A stretch of 63,964 nt of DNA, the filler included, from Pseudovirgaria hyperparasitica (lineage: Eukaryota), in NCBI GenBank assembly GCA_010093815.1. It is 17 parts of 16 records of this genome, joined end to end, with 100 filler letters (N's around TTAATTAATTAA, not from the genome) between each part and the next. Parts side by side here need not be neighbours in the genome. Positions count along the whole stretch, not along the records: positions 51,717 to 55,278 come from ML996651.1; positions 55,379 to 58,922 come from ML996652.1; positions 59,023 to 62,394 come from ML996653.1; 14 more parts are not named here. One strand, 5' to 3'. Of the stretch, positions 52,255-62,494 are shown in pieces; within the stretch, counting starts at the first letter, position 1, and the number at the start of each line of letters is the position of its first letter. The notes beneath the pieces were generated by a model. That model saw only the letters and a program-made list of their open reading frames with translations, did not search any database and was not told the DNA's origin. Position numbers and translations under genes: made by a program.

Positions 52255-52574
52255 TAATGATATAAGAAATGAAGAAGCTGTATGGATATCCCGGAATGAT
52301 GTGAATATACCGTACCGTCGGGGTTATCTGCTTCGGTCTCGATGTATACAAGTTGAATAATCTCGCCGGCAGTGTGGATGATAGTCAGCTCAGCAAGCTC
52401 TTCGACGATCTTCCAGGTCGTTGTATTGTGTTCCTGGAGGATGTCGATGCCAACAAGGCTGCGCAGTGGCGCTTGCCAGATTCTGATGGCCATGAGAGCT
52501 TTGGTCGAGGAGATTCTAAAGTTGAGGGTGAGGAAGGGCAACTAACCATCCCGAGAAGCTCGATAGAGCACTGA
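52255..52574 (+). pseudogene. BCS1-like AAA ATPase fragment with Walker A deleted
   Basis: IPYRRGYLL is fused directly to FGLDVYKL, followed by DDSQLSKLFDDLPGRCIVFLEDVDA. Confidence 0.8.
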
Positions 52575-52977
52575 TTCGGCCGGGCAGAATTGACCGGCGA
52601 ATGAAGTTCGGCCATGCGAAGTAGGGTGGAAGTGCCAGGTTGTTCCTCTGATATTCCTCTTGATCTGCGAAGATGGGATTGGGCCGCAGAACCGTATTAA
52701 CGACCAAGGAAAAGTACTATAGCATGTCTCCTGGTCCATACTTCTCCCCGTGTGTACTTTCGTGACATACTGTAAAGCTGCTGTACTGTGATTGGTGCCC
52801 GTAGTAGCTGTTGCTGAGTGGTGACTTAGGATAGGATCCCTGCTCGCATTGGGAAAGATAGCACGAAGGCAGTAGAAACTTGATCCTACACGGGTACAGA
52901 CACGCTAGCCCGGGGTAAAGCCGCTCTTGGCAACACATTGTTGCCAAGAAAGGCTGAAGGAGGAAGAGCTCTGTAAT

Positions 52978-53041
52978 CCATCCGTAACTTTTTCAGCGCA
53001 ACTCTTGGCACGTGTCGCGCGCGCAGCAAACACATTCTCTT
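52978..53041 (+). repeat. Left arm of a ~64-bp inverted repeat (right arm 54443-54506); further copies at 27670-27706 and, weakly, 1735-1760
   Basis: CCATCCGTAACTTTTTCAGCGCAACTCTTGGCACGTGTCGCGCGCGCAGCAAACACATTCTCT versus the reverse complement of the right arm, CCGTCCGTAACTTTTTAAGCGCAACTCTTGGCATGTCGCGCGCGCAACACACACATTTTCTCT. Confidence 0.88.
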
Positions 53042-53566
53042 CCTCCAATGTCTATCTTAGACATTATCACATTAGCCTTTTGCAAGCATGAAGGGACAAG
53101 ACAGATGTTGAGTTGTGCTGTCAAAGAGTTTGCCGTACATCAAGCCTCCCTAACTTAAGCACGAGTGGTTACAGGAAGGCGCGTCGTTGGACCGAGATTG
53201 AACCGTAGAGTGATAGGTTAGGGTTAGCCTGAGCAAGATTAGCTAAGGGACCAGCTGGCATCCCGCGCCGCGAAGAATTCAAATCAAGTCAAATCAAAAG
53301 ACTTTTGACTTTTGACTTTTAACTTTTGAAAGTGTGGCCCTTAGATACCTACCGTCCACGATACGCAAAGTCATTAGATTCGCTAAAATTTAGGGCACGG
53401 GGAAGAGAGCCTTGTGCGGAGATCATGAAGCGAATAGCGCTGTCTTCACGATGACCGAAGCGCTGGAAAGCACATGTTGGGCACGGGCCACTCTTAGTGT
53501 CTTGGCTGGAAGTATTTATCGTGGTCTTGCAGAGCTCAACCCATATATCTAAGAACTGATACCAAG

Positions 53567-54162
53567 ATGGCTACCCCACCTTCACCGAGTTTTCAACCGC
53601 AGGCCTGCAGAGAGACTATTAAGGCAACTGAAGGAAGATTGACTGAGATTTACGCCAGGGCTGAAGAGCTATGGAGAGATAGGGAGTTATCTCAGATGAG
53701 GCAGCGTTTCAAAAATGGAATCGACGCAGTTATTCCCGAATTACAACAGGCGCTTGAAACAATCCTTAGCGAGCAAGAGTCTGACGAAGATATCCTTACA
53801 ACGCTGTTGTTCGCTTTGAACAGCATCCTTGGCTTCACAGTTGGTGGTACGGAATTGGTACTTACAATTGTCTTGGATGTTAACACTTACTAGTCATTCG
53901 CGTCCACAGCAACAACGAGTATTTCGAGTCATTTCAACAATGGTGGTACTGGGAAGATTTACGTAAAGAAACCAAAACAGAGTCCAACCTTCATTTCCTT
54001 GTAGTCCATCTTTCGGAGTGCTTCTGCGACGAAACAGAAAGCCAGTCCGCAATAACGTCGTCCTGTGATGTGATCGAATATCTGCTGTCTACGGTTAAAC
54101 AACATCTGAAAATATTGGAGAGGCAGAATACAAGAGCGAAACGCTTTGCAGGAAAGGACTAG
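53567..54162 (+). CDS. Hypothetical all-helical protein (~182 aa); intron 53847-53893
   Basis: Splicing GTACGG...TAG gives an open frame ...ILGFTVGVIRVHSNNEYFESFQQWWYWEDLRK...AGKD stop. Confidence 0.65.
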
Positions 54163-54709
54163 AGCGACCATAGCTTGAAAATCTACATCCAAATGCATGG
54201 TCACTTGAATTGAAATACGCTCAGAGAATTCCCAGACGTTCGTGTTGACATAAAACGGTTGGCCCTATCCGTGAAGAAAATCCCCCAAAAAGGTGGACGA
54301 GTCCTGACCCCAATGAAACGAAGGACTTTAATCTTTCTATATAGAAGGTAAGAGACTATATAGAAGTATATTTAGATATAACTAAAAACTTGCTAGAGTC
54401 TTAATCCTAGAGTTATTAGAGCAAATGTAAGTTTTCAAGAATAAGAGAAAATGTGTGTGTTGCGCGCGCGACATGCCAAGAGTTGCGCTTAAAAAGTTAC
54501 GGACGGGATAATTAAGTCATCCGATGGATCATCCCTTGGGATATAGATAGGGGCGCAACGTGTGCAGCGTCTTGAGCGCCCTTCCACATTACGGCTATTT
54601 TTAGTACCAGGAAGAAAAATGGGCCGGACCACAACCAGCGCAGTGTATTTATGTCTGCTATCATTATGAGACACGAACGATCCTACGAACAACAATATCG
54701 CCCTGAAAG

Positions 54710-54979
54710 ATGCTGCGGGAAGCAACAGACATCGAGCGCATCATCTCCGAGATAGACTCTTGTCGAGAACAGCTGCATACGACGACCCTAGAGAGGCTGG
54801 TAGAGGAAAACATGAACTTGGCGCAGCAGATCCGCATGTATCGTACGTATTGCGACTCGATCCAGCGAGCATCAGACATTGCAGTAGCTAGCATGGAACG
54901 ATTGCAGAACGCTCGCAGCTACTGCGGAGAACGGACTCGAATTCCTCGGCGTGAATCCATTAGATTTAGCTGGATATAA
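54710..54979 (+). CDS. Small coiled-coil hypothetical protein
   Basis: TTLERLVEENMNLAQQIRMYR heptad pattern. Confidence 0.4.
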   Translation: MLREATDIERIISEIDSCREQLHTTTLERLVEENMNLAQQIRMYRTYCDSIQRASDIAVASMERLQNARSYCGERTRIPRRESIRFSWI

Positions 54980-55378
54980 ATAAAAATCCATGTTACTGCC
55001 TGCCTTTAGTAAGTGCTAAAATGGAGAAGCAGCTTAACCAGACAGAAGACTAACCAAGGCGAGAAAAGAATACATGCGGTGTCAGAGCGTTGTTAGCAGG
55101 CATGATCATGGGAAGTGAGCATTCTTTCCATGCCAATGGACTCAAATTTTTATTAGACTGCCAAATGGGAATAGTATATAACAGCTAGCGTGTAAATTAT
55201 TTGTAAAGCGTGATGCTTTCATGCTGAGTCCAAGCGGTGAACCCCCGAAATGGATCGAATATTACTAAAAGATTGACTNNNNNNNNNNNNNNNNNNNNNN
55301 NNNNNNNNNNNNNNNNNNNNNNTTAATTAATTAANNNNNNNNNNNNNNNNNNNNNNNNNNNNNNNNNNNNNNNNNNNN

Positions 55379-56291
55379 AAAACGGTGACGTGCGATACCA
55401 GGCATCGAAATATAAACGTATTGACCTGGCTTGACTTGCCATGTCTTCTTAGGGCTGATGAAGACCTTCAATACCGCTGTTGAATTTCCTTCGGTGTTAC
55501 TTAAGCTCTGTATTGAAACCCTGTTCTGAGAATGACCTAGGTTGCGGTGGAGAACTGTCGCTACCCAGAGAATTTGCTGAATAGCCCAGAACGCGCTGGT
55601 CATAGACAGAGCCACTAGTGAGCTCGTTTTCGCGAGGCTAATATGTGTCCACAGGACACCGAGAAGACACAATGCTAAAACTAGGTGAGTTTTGAGAAAG
55701 ATCTCGTATGCCATTCGTCTCAGCCATAGAACTGAGAATAGTCCTAAACTTAGACAGAATGTACAGAGCTATTACTAGATCAGTTGGCACTGAGAAAAAA
55801 ATCGAAAGACTTACTAATATTTCGCCGAGAGTCATCCGCCACCGAGATTGAGAAAGCTGATATATTCCATGTACGAATCCTAGTCCAACGAAACCTCGAC
55901 CGGTCCATTTATGAAATAGATGGTAGATACCAAGGTCAAATTTGAGAGTTCGGTCTACAATAAAGCTTGTGCGACCTCCTAAGTATAATGGTATGAGGTT
56001 AACCAGAGATAAATAGCTACATCGTGCAGCAAAGTTGGCCATCCCAGAAGTGAATAAAGTTGCTGAAAGTATGTTTGCGGCGGCATAAAGACATAATAAT
56101 ATGCCATGAATTAAAGTAAAATGGGAGGATCCTCTTCGACGTGTTAATAGAAGCATGTATCGAAAGACCTTGCCAGTGCGTATGAGACTAGAATGTCCGA
56201 TGGTAGCGAAGACATGTCGCCAAATTTGCCATGCAAGCACAAGGGTAAAGCACGACGCAAGACAAATCGCGTAGATCTCCGGGGGGTACAT
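55379..56291 (-). CDS. Ferric reductase/NOX-like transmembrane protein (Starship FRE-type); intron ~55769-55814; 3' end cut by the gap
   Basis: PEIYAI, LSLVNLIPLYLGGR, YHLFHKWTGR...VHG, LRRMAYEIFLKTHLVL...LWTH, WQVKPGQYVYISMPG. Confidence 0.85.
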
Positions 56292-56797
56292 AGTAGCCTA
56301 ATTACGAAATTCCAGAGGAAAATTCTTCCTCTGTTACCTGCGGTTGCCTTTACGTACTTATACTTCGCCTAAATTCGTATTTTCTGGAACCCGGTTTAAG
56401 GCTGGTAGTGTCGGGTCGGTCCGCTACCCACTCACTAAAAATACTACCATACATGCCAAAAATACTTAGCCAATGAAGAGATGCGCTTAACTATAGATAG
56501 ATGTAATTACTAGTATTTAAAATGCGTTATCCGCCTCTCCAGAACAAGACTATCTGGACTATCGACTTCCTATAATTGTGTTTCTCTGTTTTATCTGTTC
56601 TCCCCAGATATCACTTTCCACTTTGTATACTGCAAACGACCGACCCACACCATGTCGGCCAAAGTCCTGGATGGCCGTCGTCTTACCCTGTTTAGGAAAT
56701 GCTACCAACTTCAAGCTCAGTTTCCTGGTATGGAAATAGATTGTAGAGTTGCGTACAATGATGTGATCCATGCATATCGTCATGACAAAGAGGCTTC

Positions 56798-57391
56798 TTG
56801 GCCTACTCAAGTGAGTTTTTGAAGTTGCGAGTTTATCGAACAGCGCACTCACTTTTACAAAAGGATGAAAACCCCACGCGAGTGTATCTACCCTGCGATT
56901 TCCAAACGGTGAGAGAATCACAATCAGTAGGTGTCATCGGCGGTTTTGACCCTGCCAATCGATCAAGCCTCAACGATCGATCTCTTGAAGCCACACCTGA
57001 TCTTGTGTATGATCCGTACGCTTCGCCAAGTGGGAAACAATCTTCTCCAGTCGCATCCATCGAGGGTCTGGGCGCTGATGAAAATCGCACTATTCAACAG
57101 AGCGGGTCGAACTTCAGTTTGCAGAATCGTGGCGACAATGATGGACTTTTATTCCCACTCAGCTCCCTAAACAACAATAGTCCAGATATCGACTACTTTA
57201 TATCCCTCCCCATGCAGACACTCAGTGACCAGGATTTTCTCGCAGAATGCAGGCATCAGACTGCAGAGAACGCCTATGTTGCCCACAATCATGGAATCGA
57301 CGTCCTACGGCCTCCCAAAAGGCGACCAATTCCAGTGAGATCTCCGCATGGCTACCTGCACAAGCGACGACGTTTAGGTCACGACTCTTGA
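56798..57391 (+). CDS. Hypothetical low-complexity protein with C-terminal basic NLS-like motifs
   Basis: 197-aa ORF ending RPPKRRP...HKRRRL; no ATG start is evident. Confidence 0.35.
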   Translation: MAYSSEFLKLRVYRTAHSLLQKDENPTRVYLPCDFQTVRESQSVGVIGGFDPANRSSLNDRSLEATPDLVYDPYASPSGKQSSPVASIEGLGADENRTIQQSGSNFSLQNRGDNDGLLFPLSSLNNNSPDIDYFISLPMQTLSDQDFLAECRHQTAENAYVAHNHGIDVLRPPKRRPIPVRSPHGYLHKRRRLGHDS

Positions 57392-58922
57392 TTAATTGTT
57401 ACGGTGGGCAAGTTTGGCGCAGAAGTTGATGGAGGCTCTAATAACTTGGCAAGATGACGTGTTGATCCCTTGACGCCTGTTGGTTGTTTGATTCTGGAGC
57501 GTGTATTGTCAATGGTTTTCTTGTCGTTCCTGGATGAGACACGTTTCTCGCTTTTTTGGGGGTTTCTCTCTGTCTTTGGCAACTTAAGCAGACTAGATTT
57601 AGATGGAAGTTCCAGGTGCATAGTATCAGGTCTGTCATAAACGCGCTCGTTCTCCTTGAATAGAGTCAGAGATGCCGTGTTGCCTATAAATAAGTACTGG
57701 TGCATCCGGAGCAGTTCTTCAAACCTGTATTGGTCATTGTAATTGAAAATTTCTCGGTCTCGTGTCATTAGTTTCACAGTGGGTATATCTAGCCGGAGAA
57801 CGTTGAAGAATTCGTATAAGTGATTTATTTCAGCGTATAAAGGAATGAAGAATAGCTTCTCGTTCGTTGTATAGACCATAACAACGTACGTGCGTATCGG
57901 CGAATTCTCTGGTAATCTAAATTCTGCGCCGACATGGGTCCCTCGAGTAGAAGTTGGTTTCGGTGCTGTGAATCTTCTATTGCCTTCTGGCGCTGCTCTG
58001 TCATCGTCGAAATAGTCGCACGGAGGTCATGCATGGCCTTTTCGTGTATTTTGTAATCTTGTTCCACTTCTCCTTTGAATTGTTTCATCCTTTCGTCTCT
58101 CAACAAGATCTCGTGATTGAGGCTAGCCATTCTAGCCTCCATCATCGCCTAAGTCGAAGCTTGCGCTGCAGACTGTTGCTGCAAAATCTCGATGTCACTG
58201 TTCAAAGCTGCCTTCTCTAATTTCTCATTCTGCAATTTATTATGGTGTGCTTGCTCCATATCTTGGATTTTCTGAGTCAGCGCAAGGCATTTACTTTGCT
58301 CTTCACGTAGGGACGTGGCAAATCGGGCTTCAAGGTCGTTCTGCAGTTCGGTGAGATCACCTGAATCTACCTGCATGTTCTCCGTTTGATCTAGGAATTT
58401 GACGTTTATCTAAATAGGTTAGAATGAAAAATATATTCATAATGAATAACTCACATCAAGGCCGTCGAAAAACGTCTTCAAGAAATCAAGTTTAACATAT
58501 AGAGATGTGATATTCTCGCCATCGCTGATCGCGTGATGCTTTCTCATTTGTGCCATAAGCGGAGGTAAATATAGAGAAGTTTTTTCGGCCTCGTAGTCTC
58601 TTTCAAATGGACGACCACAGCGTCTTTCTGACTCCAATCGCCCCTGATCGGTAAATATCGGCGCGTCTGGCACAGAGCCTGTCCCGGCACCCGACTTTCT
58701 CAAGATAGCAGCAATATTTCGCCGCTCGTTTTCTGGGATTTTGAGACGTAAAATTTCAGAGCCTTCGACAAGATGACAGGCAAGTAGGTCCATGGGGTCT
58801 TCTGTAATGGCTTCCTCAATAAATTCAGTACGAAATCCAAGATCAAAAGCCATCCTGGCTAACTTGCATATGACAGCTTGGTTCGATCGGCTAAGAGGAG
58901 GTTTCGGGTGCCCTAGCTCTTT
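57379..58922 (-). pseudogene. DUF3723 protein C-terminal half with coiled coil; in-frame TAG at 58149-58151 and frameshift near 57880; 5' end cut by the gap
   Basis: LARMAFDLGFRTEFI...ERRCGRPFERDYEAEKTSLYL...ITSLYVKLDFLKTFF matches DUF3723 motifs. An intron at ~58411-58455 is followed by a long coiled coil. Confidence 0.8.
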
Positions 58923-59022
58923 NNNNNNNNNNNNNNNNNNNNNNNNNNNNNNNNNNNNNNNNNNNNTTAATTAATTAANNNNNNNNNNNNNNNNNNNNNN
59001 NNNNNNNNNNNNNNNNNNNNNN

Positions 59023-59664
59023 TCGAGTCGCGAGACTTTGCGTCTCAGTCTGCTGCCAATAAGCATACCACCTCTTCGACGAGCTCCGCGGCCGGCGTAA
59101 GCAGACTTGGGCCGACTGCGACGTCGACTTCAACTCCGCACTACACGCCTGCCGAGGCATATGCGACACCAACCTCTCTATCCGTTGTTTCGCCAACTGC
59201 GACCTCTGCTCATCAACCTCCTACGTACCAGCTCCTGCATATATCAAATCTGCAACCTTTTCCACATTCTCTATTTATTCAGCCGCTGCAACAACCTAAA
59301 AAGCTTCACCAGAACAACGCGTTTCAACCCCTATTTTTCGGTGCCCATCATAACGGTCCGCCTCACTACAACTCAGGTCACTCTGGATTGCCTCTCTACC
59401 TCTACGAAGCCTCTCCATCAAGCGCACATCATCACAAAAGCCACTAGTCGATGAATCGCCGCAGAAGAATGGCACAAAGTGGACCCAGCAGGAAGATGAG
59501 CTCATTGTCTTATTAAGGGGCCAAGGTATGAAGTGGGAGGGCATTTCCAAGAGGATTCCCGGACGGAGTGCCATCTCATGCCGACTTCGCTATCAGAACT
59601 ACCTCAAGAAGCGCGCACACTGGGACGAGGATAAGAAAAATAAGCTCGCGCGACTCTACGTCCG
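59023..59664 (+). pseudogene. MYB/SANT transcription factor, truncated after the exon ending at 59664
   Basis: KWTQQEDELIVLLRGQGMKWEGISKRIPGRSAISCRLRYQNYLKKRAHWDEDKKNKLARLYVR. The expected next exon is not visible downstream. Confidence 0.85.
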
Positions 59665-60476
59665 GTATGCAGAGCTAAGGCAGTTGTGGAAGTCCAACAA
59701 GTATGGGCATAGCACTCAGTCGACAGGTCGAAGAAGAGAAGGCATCCAAACCATAATTCACTGTAGATTTAGAGTCCATTGGTTTGAAAGCTTCTGATAG
59801 GGGCATCTTATGGCTTGTTCCTTTCCGGATACACCTATTTTCCGTCCATTCCAGCACGCTACGGATTGGGTGTTCCTTCGGAAGCGTGCTTCTGGGTCTA
59901 CGCATACTTGGCATAGACGTGTCATCTGGGGTGGACGGAGGTTACGAGGCTTCCTATCAGTCAGTTAATCTTTGATCTCTTCAAGAACTGGCCATTCCAG
60001 TTCCGTTGAGGCCTCTTGCCAAGAGCTGACGCTTCAGGTGGAATTTCAATTTAAGGTAGTATCGAACTGTAAGTAATTGAAATGAACTGAAGTAAAGTAG
60101 TCTCGAGGCTAGGCATTGAGGCACACGTCCTCCAGATATAAGGTTAAACCCAGCCTGATAAAGCTGAGTCTACCTTATCTGCTGGTCGAAGCGTCGACGC
60201 TTAGCCTGTTCAGCAACCTTCTCGATTCTTTAACGGAGGAGTCAGAAATACCAGTAGCAATAGCGTGTGCCCACGGCTCTATCGACCCGTGTTTAATCTT
60301 GTAATGAAGACGTCCGGATGGTGACGGGACGATAAACCAATAGCCTCGCTCATTACGATAGATGACTTATATGTGGTTGAATGCATCGGAATCGGTTAAG
60401 CCTCATGACCTTTCATTCTAATTCATCTATATAACATTATTTGAACACTAGACGTGAGCATGCAGTAAAAGATATG

Positions 60477-61075
60477 CTATAGAAAGACGGGTGTACTCGC
60501 TTGAACAAAGTGAGAATGCTTCTTATCATCCACACTGCCGGCGAGATTCAATTTGTACACATCGAGGCCGAAGTGGCTTGCGAGTGCCAGCACAGCACTT
60601 GTCTTGCCCGTTCCAGGGGGTCCATGGAGCAGATAACCCCGGCGGTATGGTATATCTCCTTCCAGATAACGGGGGTGAGTTCCCAAGCTGAGAAAGTCTT
60701 GCATGTCATGTACTAAACTCTGCTTGACTTCTTCATCGAGAACTACTGTTTGCAACCGTCGAATTTTTCGGGTCTTCGTCTTCTACCAGCCTTCTTCACC
60801 TCGATTCTCAAAGATGATAGCTTTTTGCTCAACCTACTTTAGGTACTCGGCCCAGCATGCATGGGATAGCTCTCGTAATGGCTGTTGAGATCGGCCGAAG
60901 CAGGATAGGTATATCAATCATCGAGTACCAAAGTCTCTCTGCTCTTTCACTATTCGATACTGGAACCATCAGCCTTGGTGTCGAAACTAATGCTTGCCCT
61001 CCCAAAATGAGAACCGTAAAGGCTTCTTCTGAACGGTAGTGGCAAATTCGTTGCCATAATAGTCATCCCTTTAGG
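60477..61075 (-). pseudogene. BCS1-like AAA ATPase pseudogene
   Basis: BCS1-N-like region with stops (LSCFGRSQQPLREL), then TVVLDEEVKQSLVHDMQDFL and IPYRRGYLLHGPPGTGKTS; truncated after GSVDD. Confidence 0.88.
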
Positions 61076-62020
61076 TAACGAGAACTCGTGAAAAACGAGG
61101 ACATCGCCGCCTACCTACAGTTGAGGCGTAAGCAGTCGACTACAGCCAAGCGGAAGAGAAAACCATAGACGTCTTTCCCTCGATTTTTTGCGGTCAAAGA
61201 TGAAGCTTAAGAGTACCTGATATGATCGGACGTGCACCGCCTCCGGCTCGTATCTGTATAGCTCATGAATTTGTTTTTTCCGAAAAGACACAACCACCCG
61301 GGGGTCGCAAGACTCACCGATCACCGATGTGTCTATGGGTACATAGAATTCATCATTTTCTAGCAAGCAACTAGTCAGCTGGCGTGCGGCACTCGAGTAG
61401 CGATGACCGACCGGTTTGTAAGGACTTATAACCCATTCTTAATGACAGGGGTAGTCTCATTGAACCTGGTAAGTGGCTTTATACACAGCTAAAGGATCTT
61501 CGAGACAGGTTGGCATGCCAGAATGAGGATTATGTATGAGGATCCGACCAGGCATCCACGCGATCGCTCTAAGAGAATATAGCACAATGCTAACGGGCAT
61601 TGCTAAGTGTGATGGAAAATGATTCTGCTTGTTCTGTAGAGGACGGGACAACGAGTGTGATTCACTTGTCTCGAAAACAGTCCGTACGCAAATGGGATCA
61701 CTCATCATCAGCAGCATCAGCAGCAACAGTATGAACACCAGTACCAGCAACAGCACCGGCGAGAACTAAACGACTTTGATGAGCATGTAGGCTTCCCTTA
61801 AGAAGGCGATAAGTCGGCGGGGACTTCCAACATTCGAAGAGAAAGGGGTCCGATGCATGTACCCCCATGCATGAGTCCAGTAATGATGCTGCTTGAATAA
61901 GGAGAGAACTGGGAAAGACCGAAGAAAACAATGAGATACAGGACTCCCGAGAATACCGGACTACAACGATTGTAATACAAAATCTCAATTTGTTCAATAG
62001 GTAGAGAACCGTTGGATCCG

Positions 62021-62186
62021 AGTCGAACTGATCATAGCGGGAAACTTCAACCGACATGACCAGTTATGGGGCGGTGATCAGGTAGCGCTGAGTGTGCGTC
62101 AGGACGAAGGGGAACCGATCGTTCAGATGATGGCGGAACTGGACTTGCAAGGTATTTTGCCCCGGGGACGCACAACCTGGCACTCG
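62021..62186 (+). mobile_element. LINE AP-endonuclease fragment
   Basis: LIIAG(N)FNRHDQLWGG...GEPIVQMMAELDLQGILPRGRTTW. Confidence 0.75.
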
Positions 62187-62244
62187 TACAGCAGTATAGC
62201 ATATAAATACTCAGTGATCCATTTAAGAGTAGTAATGAAAGTAA

Positions 62245-62394
62245 AAGGGGCCCAAGGAAGAACCCAGGAGAAGCTGCAGCGCCATAGAGTGCGAATATTT
62301 GGTTCTTGTGGGGTCCAGGTCGGTATGTACTGCCTATGAGCATAAGACCGGATGGTAGAGACGCGGCCAGGCCAAGCCCTTGCAGGGCCCGGTA
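62245..62394 (-). pseudogene. MFS drug-transporter fragment
   Basis: RALQGLGLAASLPSGLMLIGSTYRPGPHKNQIFALYGAAASPGFFLG. Confidence 0.75.
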
Positions 62395-62494
62395 NNNNNN
62401 NNNNNNNNNNNNNNNNNNNNNNNNNNNNNNNNNNNNNNTTAATTAATTAANNNNNNNNNNNNNNNNNNNNNNNNNNNNNNNNNNNNNNNNNNNN

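Noticed and set aside
53215..53226. GGTTAGGGTTAG telomere-like sequence
   Set aside because: Only about two units, internal to a contig.
55379..59664. FRE-DUF3723-MYB read as a contiguous Starship end
   Set aside because: The MYB gene lies across an artificial spacer in size-sorted contigs, so adjacency is meaningless.
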